DNA of 63,773 nt, filler included, from Octopus bimaculoides (lineage: Eukaryota): NCBI RefSeq assembly GCF_001194135.2. It is 5 parts of 5 records of this genome, joined end to end, with 100 filler letters (N's around TTAATTAATTAA, not from the genome) between each part and the next. Parts side by side here need not be neighbours in the genome. Positions count along the whole stretch, not along the records: positions 50,469 to 59,754 come from NC_068984.1; positions 59,855 to 63,773 come from NC_069008.1; 3 more parts are not named here. The stretch is one strand, 5' to 3'. Positions within the stretch are counted from its first letter, which is position 1. The number at the start of each line of letters is the position of its first letter. A program made the translations under genes and the position numbers. The notes beneath the pieces are model-generated. The model made no database searches and was not told where the DNA came from. It saw nothing but the letters and a program-made list of their open reading frames with translations. Below are positions 50,893 through 63,773 of the stretch, piece by piece.

Positions 50893-51200
50893 TGGCTCAG
50901 TGGTTAGAACATCGGGCTCACAACCATGCAATAGGGGGTTCGATTCACGGACCGTGCTGCGTGTTTTATTCTTAAGTAAGACACTTTATTTCACATGGCT
51001 CCAATTCACTCAGCTGTAGAATTGAGTTGCAACGTCACTGGTGCCAAGTCCTTGGATAACATCGGTGGCGTGAAGAGGGAAGGCCGGTATGCATGGCCAT
51101 CTGCTGGTCTTTGACCAGCAACCTTGCTCGGACATGTGCCCTTCTATGTGCAATCCCATGGTCATTCGTGACCAAGGTGGTCGAGTTACCCTTTACAGAG
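50893..51200 (+). mobile_element. tRNA-derived SINE with CORE-like central segment
   Basis: TGGCTCAGTGGTTAGA...GGTTCGATTC head; AAGACACTTTATTTCAC..GCTCCA.TTCACTCAGCTG core. A related inverted fragment lies at about 52735-52850. Confidence 0.75.
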
Positions 51201-51385
51201 TTACCCTTTACACGTTCCTTCTAAGCACTGCTGTAAACAGCGGAAGTTAGCTAGAAATTTAAAACTTAGTGCAGATACACATCAGAGTTCAAGGTCAATC
51301 TTTGCCACTTTGCCAAGCGGCTTCACTCTGCGTGCTTCAGCTTCGTTACTATGGCAACAGTCCGGATACTTATTGATCAGACCTC

Positions 51386-51430
<45 letters not shown>

Positions 51431-51721
51431 CATGACCGCGCATACACATATGGAGACATATTTATCAGCAGCAAGTTACCGTAATAACACTCAAGATCCT
51501 ACAGTTTTGTTAATAGCATTTATTAAACAAACTTAATGACCGAGAGCTAGTCTCTAACATAGAGTGAATTGCAATTCTTTCTGGAAATTTCGATTAAAAA
51601 TTAGTATTGCTGGATTACATGATTATAAGAAAATTGTTTGTTAATCAGTTTGAGAGAAAATGAAATATACGTTTACAACCCAAGCACCCACAGGTATACA
51701 TTTCTATAGTATATATGTATT

Positions 51722-52719
51722 CATAGAAGGTCTCCCAAAATTAAGGCAACTAACTTTTTTCAAATTCATCAAAGCAAAATATTGTTATATTTCGGGTCTG
51801 AGAACTGCAATGCAATCGTAAAGGAAACACAATTATCACACTACCACATTTATTCGATATCACCATCTTTGTTTCAAATCACTGACTTAAGCCTAGGTGC
51901 GAATGATTCACACGCAGCACGCAGCTGTTCTTACGGAATTGAAGCCCATTCCTGGCGCGGTGTTGCCTTCAGAGCGTCGAACGAAGCATGAGGAGTGCTC
52001 GAGACCCAAGTTTCCAAAACGGACCAAACAGAACAAAACCAACGAATTGAGACTGAGGCTCCTTGATGGCCATCCATCCTTGCCTATGAAAAACAGAATG
52101 TTTTTCTTAATCCAGTATTGTGTCTGTTTGGAACTGTGGGATGATGCCGAGTACTACTGGAGGCGCCAATGTGCGCCTTGATAGTGCTCATTCGCTCATG
52201 TAAGAGTTCAGCTTCCGGAATGTCGCTAATGTATCGCCGGGTGTTAATTTTAACACCCGAGGGCACAAAAACGTGGGAAGACCTTTCAGTAGCTGCCACA
52301 GCCGCCCAAACCATAATTGACTGAATTTTGACGTCGGTTTTCGAGTCTACTTTCGATGAAGCCAGATATACTCCAAACTTGCTCATTCTGGTGGTTTACT
52401 GTCTGTTCGATGTCAAATATCTTTTCTTTTCAACACCAGGTTAGGCAGTGTGCATTCAGCAATCTGACGCAGGGTAAGATGACTTATGGCATTATAAACT
52501 TGTGTGAGCTCATGACGGTGGATCATCTTGTAGAAGTAGATTCTGAGATCCTCCTTCAGCACTCAATACATCGATGTTCAACTTATTTTTGCCGTGATGA
52601 ATACTTTACCGTTTCTTTGGTACTTTTGATAAGCTGAGGGGTCAGCAGACTTCTTTTTCGGCCGTGTCCAGGTCGATCGGTGGTGGAACCAGTCTCTTGA
52701 AATTCCTTGACACTCTGTA
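51722..52719 (-). mobile_element. Degenerate Tc1-like transposon
   Basis: SIMVWAAVA...FVPSGVKINTRRYISDI, a frameshifted FQQDGAPSH-like motif and WPSRS..LN; degenerate TACAG-type ends. Confidence 0.75.
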
Positions 52720-52918
52720 CATATATATATGCAATACACTAACGTCTAGTGAAATGTTTTCCTCACAAACACAACGCATCACCTAGTCCAGGAATCGAAA
52801 CCACGATCTTACCCTCAAGAGTGTAACAACCTAACCACTAAACCATGCACCTCCACATACATACATACAAACATACATACATACATACAAACATACATAC
52901 ATACATACACACCGATAC

Positions 52919-52973
<55 letters not shown>

Positions 52974-53857
52974 NNNNNNNNNNNNNNNNNNNNNNNNNNN
53001 NNNNNNNNNNNNNNNNNNNNNNNNNNNNNNNNNNNNNNNNNNNNNNNNNNNNNNNNNNNNNNNNNNNNNNNNNNNNNNNNNNNNNNNNNNNNNNNNNNNN
53101 NNNNNNNNNNNNNNNNNNNNNNNNNNNNNNNNNNNNNNNNNNNNNNNNNNNNNNNNNNNNNNNNNNNNNNNNNNNNNNNNNNNNNNNNNNNNNNNNNNNN
53201 NNNNNNNNNNNNNNNNNNNNNNNNNNNNNNNNNNNNNNNNNNNNNNNNNNNNNNNNNNNNNNNNNNNNNNNNNNNNNNNNNNNNNNNNNNNNNNNNNNNN
53301 NNNNNNNNNNNNNNNNNNNNNNNNNNNNNNNNNNNNNNNNNNNNNNNNNNNNNNNNNNNNNNNNNNNNNNNNNNNNNNNNNNNNNNNNNNNNNNNNNNNN
53401 NNNNNNNNNNNNNNNNNNNNNNNNNNNNNNNNNNNNNNNNNNNNNNNNNNNNNNNNNNNNNNNNNNNNNNNNNNNNNNNNNNNNNNNNNNNNNNNNNNNN
53501 NNNNNNNNNNNNNNNNNNNNNNNNNNNNNNNNNNNNNNNNNNNNNNNNNNNNNNNNNNNNNNNNNNNNNNNNNNNNNNNNNNNNNNNNNNNNNNNNNNNN
53601 NNNNNNNNNNNNNNNNNNNNNNNNNNNNNNNNNNNNNNNNNNNNNNNNNNNNNNNNNNNNNNNNNNNNNNNNNNNNNNNNNNNNNNNNNNNNNNNNNNNN
53701 NNNNNNNNNNNNNNNNNNNNNNNNNNNNNNNNNNNNNNNNNNNNNNNNNNNNNNNNNNNNNNNNNNNNNNNNNNNNNNNNNNNNNNNNNNNNNNNNNNNN
53801 NNNNNNNNNNNNNNNNNNNNNNNNNNNNNNNNNNNNNNNNNNNNNNNNNNNNNNTAT

Positions 53858-53898
<41 letters not shown>

Positions 53899-55914
53899 TG
53901 ATTTTATTTATATGTACATGCATAAAAGCACTTAGAATATTTGTGAACAATTATGTATGCTTTCAAATTCTGAAACCATTTTCTGTCTCAGAATAAAACT
54001 TTTAATTACATTTCAGGTAAATGATGATATCCTAAATGGTGGATGCCAAAAAGACTCTAAATGAATTCAAATTTTCCTCTTAGCCGGTGAAAGAAAACAA
54101 AAATTTATTGGCAATCGTTTGCAGCTTTAGCAATTATTCCAAGGAATTGTGAATTATGAGCACAGAAAGTTGAATTTCAATGCTTTAGAGGTAGGAAGGA
54201 GGTCTTATCTTTGTTACCAGACGAAGGTGACACCTACCTACATGTTTCAGTCTTATCAGACCTCATCATTGCAAAGTGTATTGTATTCTCAGCCATCTCT
54301 GAGATACTCACATAGCTAGATTGGCCTTCATACTGGCAAGAAGGTATAGACACACCCCTGTGATTCATCAAATTATACAGTATCGCCTGATGAAATTGAT
54401 CAATGATGATGCCCACGGATAATACGGACTATACTATACTATACTGATCTGTGGAAATGTACGTAACAACGTATTAAATATTTATAAATGCCATCTTGGT
54501 ATTATTGTTATATTTATCCTACATTATATCGGTATAACCATGATGCAACCCCGAAAATCTGACTCACTAGTCAGTATCATTAAACGGTAGTCGGAATAAT
54601 GAAACAGGAGCTGTATTTGCATATCCCTAACGCTATCTAAACAAATTTAGAAGATATATATATATATATATATATATATANNNNNNNNNNNNNNNNNNNN
54701 NNNNNNNNNNNNNNNNNNNNNNNNNNNNNNNNNNNNNNNNNNNNNNNNNNNNNNNNNNNNNNNNNNNNNNNNNNNNNNNNNNNNNNNNNNNNNNNNNNNN
54801 NNNNNNNNNNNNNNNNNNNNNNNNNNNNNNNNNNNNNNNNNNNNNNNNNNNNNNNNNNNNNNNNNNNNNNNNNNNNNNNNNNNNNNNNNNNNNNNNNNNN
54901 NNNNNNNNNNNNNNNNNNNNNNNNNNNNNNNNNNNNNNNNTGTCCAACTAACGAACGACTACACACCAAAATTGTGAGATCAGATATTTCAATTCAGATT
55001 GACAAAGCAGCTAACCAATAAAAAGGAACACTTTTGTATTACTTTCTTCCTTCATTTCTCCGGAATTTTTTCTTCTTATTTACTATAATAGCTTCCAAGC
55101 GAGGATCTTCTCACAAATGCAAATACATAGGCGAACAGTTTGCAATGGTGTTAGAATGATATGTATGCCATCAATGAAAAACGAGGGAAACCACTAAGAG
55201 CGTCGTGTCCATCTTACACGTAATTGGTCTATAGCTAGAGCGAAACCGAGATTTTTATAAACGTGACATATACGATGGATGTATCAGCTTCGAAATCTTA
55301 AATGTCATGAAAACAGTTCATGACTGTGAAGCTAGAATATCAATACAGGTATTGCGTTGAATTCCAGTTAAATTAATCATCTTTGGATAGGTACAGCAAA
55401 AAGTAGATATGATAACATAATAGATTATATAGAGTAATAGATTAACATAGATAAGGTTAGTTTTAGCTATTATTGGCTGAGACCATGTCTAACTTAATAG
55501 GGCCATCTAGAGTAGTCTTTTTAAGTTGTGTTTTTGAACATCATGGCCCATTCGAGTTGAAACTTGTTGCTGTTTGCCGAGATACATCCGGCTTTCAGTT
55601 GTTGGTCTGGTATTTCTGTGGGCTTTTTCTTTGACTTCTTTTGAAATAATGTTGAATAAATCAGGATCAGTAAAGGTAAAAACAAAACTGTATCACAATA
55701 CTATTAGGTGATGTGAGTTCCATTTCTGTAAGGGCCTAAGGCACGAGGGCCAAGCTTTGGATGACTTGTGAACTTTATACCAGCATCGTTTGGACACCGT
55801 TGAGGGAATTAATTTCCACATTATACAATTGATATAGCGCGCATAACAGCGTTAGAGGAAATAAACTTGAGCTTTTTGAGGCGATATCAATAGTAAAGGC
55901 TTGTCATGCCATTT

Positions 55915-56001
<87 letters not shown>

Positions 56002-56799
56002 ATGTGTGTGTTGTGTACAATCTCTTGAGTGCTTCCATTCTCATGATGCTTTGATTTCTGAGGGCAGCAATATTTTTACTTGAGAGCTGGCAAACCTAAA
56101 GAATTATGTATCGCGATCATTAGACTGGAAAGCCCTAAGAACCCATGAGCCCATTCTGAGGGCTATAAAAGCATAATATCCCCATCATAAATATATATCG
56201 TTATAAGATAGTAAACGAAGAAAATTTTCAGACAGGTTACCAGAATATCTCAATGTGCATACATATGCTTTATGTTTAAAGAAATTGTATGTACTGTGTG
56301 AACAGAAATAATTGCCGGCAGACTTTACTGAACACCGCTGATCACACAGCTGCTGAATTTTGAATAGTTACTTAGTATTTGAGCCATGATCTATATTTCA
56401 AGAATTCAGCTATGAAATCACAGAAGTTGTTCTAATACTTGGTGAATACTCAAACTATTGTGAAGTATATGCCCACAAATAGGTGTTACTCTAGTCGAAA
56501 AGTTACAGAAGTATGCGACAAATGTATTAGAAAATTATAAATAGTATGCTAAATTATCTCAAACTAAATTGAATATCATTTCTGTTTAAATAGTCCAAGG
56601 ATAATGAGGACTCTCTATATGCCCCAGTATGTTAGTGGCTAACCGTGATGAGCTTTGTCTTCAATCTATATATAGAAATGAAATCAATATGGGGCACACA
56701 AAACTTTACATTCATTATTTCTCAATTTACGAGAACTCGCAGTTTAGCGAAGTATGCAAAATAAAATACTTCAATCAGAAATATATTCTGCAATGTAGA

Positions 56800-58560
56800 A
56801 TTCTTTTCTACTCTAGGCACAAGGCCCGAAATTTTGTGGGAAGGGACCAATCGATTAGATCGACCTCAATATGCAACTGGTATTTAATTTATCGACCCTG
56901 AAAGGATGAAAAGCAAAGTCGAACTCAGAACGTAAAAACAGACGATACACCGCTAAGCATTTCGCCCGGCGTGCTAAGGTTTCTGCCAGCTCGCCGCCTT
57001 CTGCAATGTAGAATTAACATTACTTGGAAGTGAGTGTGTCTTCATAGACAGTGTAAAGACAAAGAAGATGTAAAAACAAAGCGTATGCGAACACTACAAA
57101 ATGAAAATTTAGACTTCGTGAGTTATTCCTTTTTATAATTTAGTTTTTTATTGGTTTCCATGACTAGCAAACACATAAAATATTCTGTTGTGTTGCAGCG
57201 TATTAAGATCGGAAAACATTTCCAAATCTCAACGTAGTATTATATGAACCGTTCAGTTGATAGGATTCTACAGAAGGAGATGATGATAATCTTCTAAATT
57301 TAAAATTACTAATCTATAATGAGAGGGTTAAATGAAAATAAATAGATTTCCATTTGGCTATATGAATGGATTAATTTGTAAACGAAAGTACCAAATTTTG
57401 TATCTAAGTGACGATTTATTAACAGGAAGTATTATTTAATTGCTGATAGAGACTGATCATATATTCTCTATATCTCAAATGCGTTCCCGTTATTTATTTG
57501 TCCCTTTCCATATTCCACTGGCTACGCTTATCTTTATACGTATACATGAACGCATGGTGTATATTATATTTCCCTTTGAGGGCAACCGCTAGGCAGAAAC
57601 AGGAGACTGCTTAGCAAAAACCTTTGCCGTATTTACTCAAGTCCCTTTACGCCTTAAGCTTAAATATCATTTTCTCGTGATTCAAAGAATACTGGAGCTG
57701 AGTCATCGACTGATTCTCTACTGCACAAATTTGTGATTTTGTAACAAATGTGAGAAATCATTAATTTCCTCTTTTAATGGTTTAGTTAGATGTAGAAGAG
57801 CAGCGCTGTAGACCCTTTCTAAAGCTAAATTTTCCTATTATCCTTCCGGGGTCGATAAAATATGTACTAGGGACGATATGATTAACTTGCCCCTTTCGCT
57901 AAAATTACTAGAAAGTGTAAGGTGGCGAGCTGGCAGAATCGTTAGTATGCCGAATAAAATACTCAGTGGCATTTCATTCGTCTTTACGTTCGGAATTCAA
58001 ATTCTGCTGAGGTCGACTTTGTCTTTCAACCTATTCGAGGTCGATGAAATAAGTACCATTTGAACACTAAGGACGATGTAATTGACAAGCCTCCTTTCCA
58101 ATATTTCAGGCCTTGTATTAATATTAGGAGCTGGAATTGGCAGAATCATTAGAACGTTGAACACAAAAATATTGTGGCATTTCCGACTCAGTATCAATTT
58201 TACTTTTCATTTTTAAGTGGTCTATAAAATAAAGTTCCAATTATGCACTTAGAATAATTTAATCGGGCAACTCTGTCCCCTAAATCTGTGAACCTCTGTC
58301 TATGTTATGATTTTTTTTCGTTATTATTAGCCGTATGAAAGTAGTGAGCTGGCAGAATCGTTAGCACGCCAGGAAAAATGCTTAGCAGCATTTCATCAGT
58401 CTCGTCTTTACATTCTGTGTTCAAATTCCGCCGTGGCTGACTTTGCTTTCCATCCTTTCGGGGTCGATAAAATAAGTACCAGTTGAACATTGAGATCAAT
58501 TTTATCGGCTAATCCCTTCCCGAAAATTTTCAGGCCTTGTGCCTATAATAGTAAGAATTA
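56800..58560. mobile_element. Meta-domain-like SINE copies (about 56800-57000 minus; 57840-58120 and 58345-58560 plus)
   Basis: Same family motifs as 11254-11469. Confidence 0.8.
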
Positions 58561-59926
58561 TTATTAGCCGTGACACTGTATGACACCAGTCATAATATTA
58601 AATTCAGTAAAAGAATATTACATCATCGAAAACTGTGTATTTGGATTTTTTAACCGAGTTTTTTTGGGGTTTTTTCACTAAAAATATCGCTTATTTCCTT
58701 CAGGCTCTCAGTTTACTTCAGCTGGTCCTTGTAGGGTAATAATAGAATTATTTCGACCGTCTCAATCAAAAAGTTTACAAATATATTTAGAAACGGAATT
58801 AAAAGTTGTTGATTTATGGTCGGCTACTAGCAAATAGCAACATTCAGCTTGTTAATTCAGTGTAATTCTATAACATTTTATGTAATTATCTGCCACAGCT
58901 CTAAGAACCCTGGAGCTGTTACCAAAATATTTGCTTGTTGTGGTGTTTTTTTAACATATTTTCCCCTCTTTTCATTTTCAGAAATATATAATTTTAAACA
59001 CTCTCTAAGCTGTACAAGCTATCATTTAGAAAAATTTAATTTTCATTTTTTATCAATTTAACTTTCCCTTAACTAAACACCTTTATTATCTTCCTTTTTC
59101 CTTTTCTTGTCTTTTTTTGTAAATTTAATTTTCAACGCCAATAATTTATAATTATTTAATTAAAGGGAGGCAACAGCAATGAACTTTTAATTCATAACGG
59201 TGAAATATTGTTAAGCGTAAATTCCAGTTTTCTGCTATGCCCTCCTCCCCCCCACCCCACAACTTTTATTCTTTTTATCGTTTGCCGTTAATTATTCAAG
59301 GTAGAAAAATTGTGTCCACGAGTTTTGTAGAGATTCTAAGATTGGTAAGACATATGTAGTTTATGTCCAGTTGGAAAGCTTGTAGATGGACACCTACCTG
59401 AAAATATGGAGACAAGGAGAATGCAGCAAAGAATTGTGGCTCTAAGGTGGGTAGATTTGCCAAGATGGTTTCAGAGTTACAGGGGCTGACATCTTTATCT
59501 TTAATTTTTATCCTTTACTTGTTTCTTTTTCTTTTATCTTGTACAGAGGCACCGATTTGAAGAATCTTAATCGAACGAATTGACCTCAGAACTTCTTTTG
59601 TTAAAGCCTGGCATTTATTCTATTTTCCCCCTTTTTGTCGAACAGCTAAGTTACGGGGACGTAAACACACCAACACCGGTTGTCAAGCGGTGGTGGAGTA
59701 CAAACACAGTCACAAAGACATACATGCATATATTGATATATACATACATATATANNNNNNNNNNNNNNNNNNNNNNNNNNNNNNNNNNNNNNNNNNNNTT
59801 AATTAATTAANNNNNNNNNNNNNNNNNNNNNNNNNNNNNNNNNNNNNNNNNNNNATATATATATACATATATATGTATATATATATATGCATATATATGT
59901 ATATATACATACATATATATATATAT

Positions 59927-59973
<47 letters not shown>

Positions 59974-60324
59974 AATATATAATTTTGTATATATACATTT
60001 TTGTGAGAAACAATAGATCCATGCTCAGAGAAATGATGTAAAGTACATTTGTGCTTATTTTAATGTATTTCTATTGATTCGCTGGACATGGATCATCATT
60101 CCATTTAAGCGAATTTTTATAATATTTTTACTTAGAAATTTGAATTTCTTTCTTCATCATTGATGCTTTTAATAAACCTTTACGTGAATAAAGTATCAGC
60201 AATGTGTGAGATTTATGCTCAATACATGGAGTGTACATCATATACGGACATAAAAAAAAACTGTTATGCATTTCATACAGAAACTCATTTACGTTAACCG
60301 TATGAAATATCGGCAGTGAATGTA

Positions 60325-61503
60325 TCATCATCATCATCATCATTTGATATCTGCTTTCCATGCTGGTATGGGTTAGATGGTTGGACCGGAACTGGTAAGC
60401 CAGAGAGCTGTACCAAGCTCCAGTCTGATTTAGCTCGGTTTCTACAGCTGGATGCCCTTCCTAACACCAATCACTCTGAGACTGTCATGGGTGCTTTTCA
60501 CGTGTTTTTTTTTTCATGGGTGCCAGTTATGTGACACTCATACCAGCCATGACTATTATCTCACTTGGCTTGACAGGTTTTCTCGAGCAAATTATATTCT
60601 TTTCTACTCTAGGCACAAGGCCCAAAATTTTGGGGGTGAGGGCAAGTCAATTAGATCAACCCCAGTATGCAACTGGTACTTAATTTATCGACCCTAAACG
60701 GATGAAAGGCAAAGTTGACTTCAGCAGAATTTGAACTCAGAACGTAAAGACACGAAATACTGCTAAGCATTTCGCCCGGCATGCTAACGTTTCCGCCAGC
60801 TAGCCAACTTATATTCTTTTCTACCCCAGGCACAAGGCACAAAATTTTGGTGGTGGGGGCCAGTCAATTAGGTCGACTCCAGTATGCAAATGGTACTTAA
60901 TTTATTGACCTTGAAAGGATGAAAGGCAAAGTCAACTTCGGTGGAATTTGAACTCAGAACATAAAGACGGACAAAATACCAGTAAGCATTTCGCCCGGCG
61001 TGCTAACATTTCTGCCAGCTCGCTGCCTTACAAGCAAAGTATATTGCTGAAGGTCTCAGTCACCTGTCACCACCTCCATGAGGCCAAACGTTTGAAGGGT
61101 GCTTTTTCCCATGTGACTGGCACAGGTGCCAGTCACATATTGCCTCATATTGCCCAACATTTGAAGGGTGCTTTTTATGTGTCAGTTACACAACACTAGC
61201 ATTGGCCACGACTACGATCTCACTTGGCTTGACCGGTCTTCTCAAGCTCGGTATATTACCAAAGATCTCAATCACCTGTCACTGCCCCCATGAGGCCAAA
61301 CATCTGAACGGTGCTTTCTACGTGTCACTGGCACAGGGGCCAGCTACACGACACTGGCATCAGCCATGACTATGATCTCACTTGGCTCGATGGGTCTTCT
61401 CAAGCATATCACCAAAGGTCTCAGTTAGTTGCTATTATCTCTGCAAGGCCCAACATTCGAAGATCACGCTTCACCATCTCATCCCATGTCTTCCTGGGTC
61501 TAA
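60325..61503 (-). mobile_element. RTE 3' end with internal duplication, interrupted by two tandem Meta-domain-like SINEs (about 60597-60790 and 60812-61027)
   Basis: Minus strand reads RPRKTWDEMVKRDLRMLGL at about 61500-61445, then a duplicated 3'UTR, two SINEs, and the remaining tail with (GAT)n at about 60325-60345. Confidence 0.8.
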
Positions 61504-61921
61504 CAACTCTATGTATAGGGCACGTGATAATGATATTTATATTTTACATGAATAGAATGAATACAACATTGATTATCGATTTGTTTTCATTAATGAGCTT
61601 CTAGTATAATATAGCCTGGCCATATATCATGCATTTACATGGAATGTATGTAATGTGAAATCATTTATCAAGTAACAGTTACAGCTTTTAAAATGCAATA
61701 ATTTTTGACATCATGGGTATACTAATATATATCTTCCGTCTTATATGTGTTACAGTCATTGAACTGTGGTCATGCTGGATCACCACCTTGAAGGGTTTTA
61801 GTTGAACAGATCAACTCCAGCATTTATTAGTTTTGTGTCTGGTACTTATTCTATCATTCTCTTTAGCCAAACTGCTATGTCATAGGGATGTAAGTTGTGG
61901 GGAAGAAACACAAAGCTCCCT

Positions 61922-61958
<37 letters not shown>

Positions 61959-62214
61959 GTATTATCACCACTTATACACACACACACACATACACATATA
62001 CACACACATACACACATACACACACACACATATACACACACATACACACACATATACACACATCTTTCATCTTATATTTGTTGCAGCAGAAATGAATGTG
62101 AAAGCATGTGGTTGCATAGCTAGCTTCTTTACCCCGTGGCCAACAGTCCTGCCAACACTTTGGGGTTTTTTAAAAAAATTTGTTTGAAAAATAGAGACAT
62201 TGGATAGTGTTCTC

Positions 62215-62540
62215 AATGGCACTCCGTCACTCATGATGACAAGGGTTCCAGTTGATTTAATCAACAGAACAGCCCACACATGAAATTAACATGTTTGTGG
62301 CTGAGTATTCCACAGACATGTGTACCTTTAACATAGTTCTCAGGGAGATTCAGTGTGACACACAGAGTGTGACAAGGCTGGCTTTTTTGAGACACAGGTA
62401 CTACTCATTTTTGCCAGCTGAGTGGAATAAAGCAAGGTGAAATAAAGTGTTTTGCTCAAGGACAACATGTCGCCCGGAATTGAACTTGTGACCTTATAAT
62501 CATGAGCTGAATGCCCTAACCACTGAGCCATGCACCTTCA
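62215..62540 (-). mobile_element. tRNA-derived SINE, diverged relative of 31-420
   Basis: Reverse complement of the shared 3' domain (TTAATTTCA...GGCTGTTC.GTTGAT...TCAACTGGAACCCT) and the tRNA-like head. Confidence 0.8.
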
Positions 62541-62799
62541 CCATTGTCAATACACTTTGTGTAAAAAGAAAAATATGAAAGAAAGGACAGAACGGCCATA
62601 GGGTTTCATTGATAAGAGTTAGTCTGGAACTTTACACAGATAAAATTTCAGTCACAAGTCTTTTTGATTGACCTGAAGGTAAGAGAGAAGATACTTGCCC
62701 AAGGTGCCATGCAAGCAGACTCTAAGCTGGAAATGATGAGACTGCCAAGTAAACTACTGCACCCAGGGGAAAGAGAAAGAGGGAGAGGAAGGAGGGAGA

Positions 62800-63773
62800 T
62801 TGACCGACAGACAGATGGATAGATGGATGGATGGATGGATGGACAGAAAGACGGACAGACAGACAGACAGATAAACACATAGCTGGATGGATGGATGGAT
62901 GGATGGATGGATGGATGGATGGACAGAAAGAAAGACAGACAGAAAAACAGACAGACGGACAGATAGACAGACGGACAGACAGATGGATGGACAGAAAGAC
63001 AGACAGACAGACAGACAGACGGAGGGATGGACGGATGGATGAATGGATGGACAGAAAGACGGACAGACAGACAGACGGAGGGATGGACAGATAGATAAAG
63101 AGACCGAGAGAGACAGAGAGATAGATGAACAGACAGACAGACACACAGATAAACACTGACAGATACATAGATTGAGAGATAGATAAATTGACAGATGAAA
63201 AGATAGACAGACAGACAGACAGAGAGAGAGAGAGAGATATAGTGAGAGAGAGAGTGAGAAAGACAGAGAAACTGAATGCAACAGAAACTTAGAGATAAAG
63301 AGAAAGAGGCAGAGAGATAGATTGAAAGAAAGATGAGAGAGAAACTAAGAAAGGGATTGAGAGAGAGAGAGAGAGAGAGAATAATGGTGACATGAAAAGA
63401 GACAGAGGATATTAGAAAGAGTAGAGAGCGAGAGAGAGGAGGGGAGAGAGAGGTCAGGGAAGGGTTAGAAGGACATTGAATGCGATAGAGAGATAAAGAA
63501 AATAGTTGTCTGAAAGAGAGAGAGAGAGAGAGAGAGAGCGGGAGGGGCAGGAGGAGCAGGAGCAGGTGATCGATTTAATGGCAGTGTGTGTTGAAATGGC
63601 CTAGTTGAACAACAACACTGGCAGCAAAACCATTAATCAATATCATACTAGTCTGAATGGCAGAGTTAGATACATATAGAGATAGATAGAAGGACGGATA
63701 GATAGAAGGACGGATAGATAGAAGGACGGATAGATAGAAGGACGGATAGAAGGACGGATAGAAGGACGGATAG
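62800..63773. repeat. Compound (GATG)/(GACA)/(GATA)/(AG) microsatellites ending in a 16/12-bp unit array (GAAGGACGGATA[GATA])
   Basis: Direct reading; three 16-bp units then about three 12-bp units from about 63689 to the window end. Confidence 0.92.

Noticed and set aside
54234-54416. 60-aa minus-strand ORF with donor-like GTAGGT
   Set aside because: No recognisable product and no consistent exon chain.
59310-59450. Two adjacent exon-like segments with GT/AG ends
   Set aside because: The implied intron is only 26 nt and the peptide is unrecognisable.

Overview
Eukaryotic, AT-rich, repeat-dense animal genomic DNA from a gapped draft assembly. The SINE repertoire, the RTE/CR1/HERO LINEs and the very high microsatellite load suggest a cephalopod, probably Octopus (inference). 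The long ORFs that run through N-gaps or microsatellites are artefacts. Two real spliced genes were reconstructed by hand and lie tail-to-tail. (1) FUNDC1/2-like, minus strand: 4 coding exons (40307-40171, 32302-32227, 27351-27232, 26207-26130), 136 aa, complete, with a probable non-coding first exon and promoter near 45.6-45.8 kb. (2) The C-terminal half of TCTP/TPT1, plus strand: exons 22088-22203 and 24892-24992 plus a probable stop-only terminal exon at 25723. Its N-terminal exons are not visible and may lie in an unsized gap. The rest is mostly transposon debris: piggyBac, mariner, Tc1-like, a Merlin-like MITE, TTAA MITEs, RTE, CR1, L1/Tx1, HERO, a Penelope-like terminal repeat and several tRNA-derived SINE families. 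I found no convincing wholly new biological system. The best leads are the FUNDC1 LIR motif with its aromatic residue replaced by proline, an RTE LINE ending in three C2H2 zinc fingers, a minimal hammerhead ribozyme with a core substitution, a recent 104-nt templated insertion beside a TCTP exon, an in-frame 21-nt VNTR inside a transposase, and a possible antisense 3' overlap between TCTP and FUNDC1. TE boundaries without TSD/TIR support are approximate, and no database searches were run.
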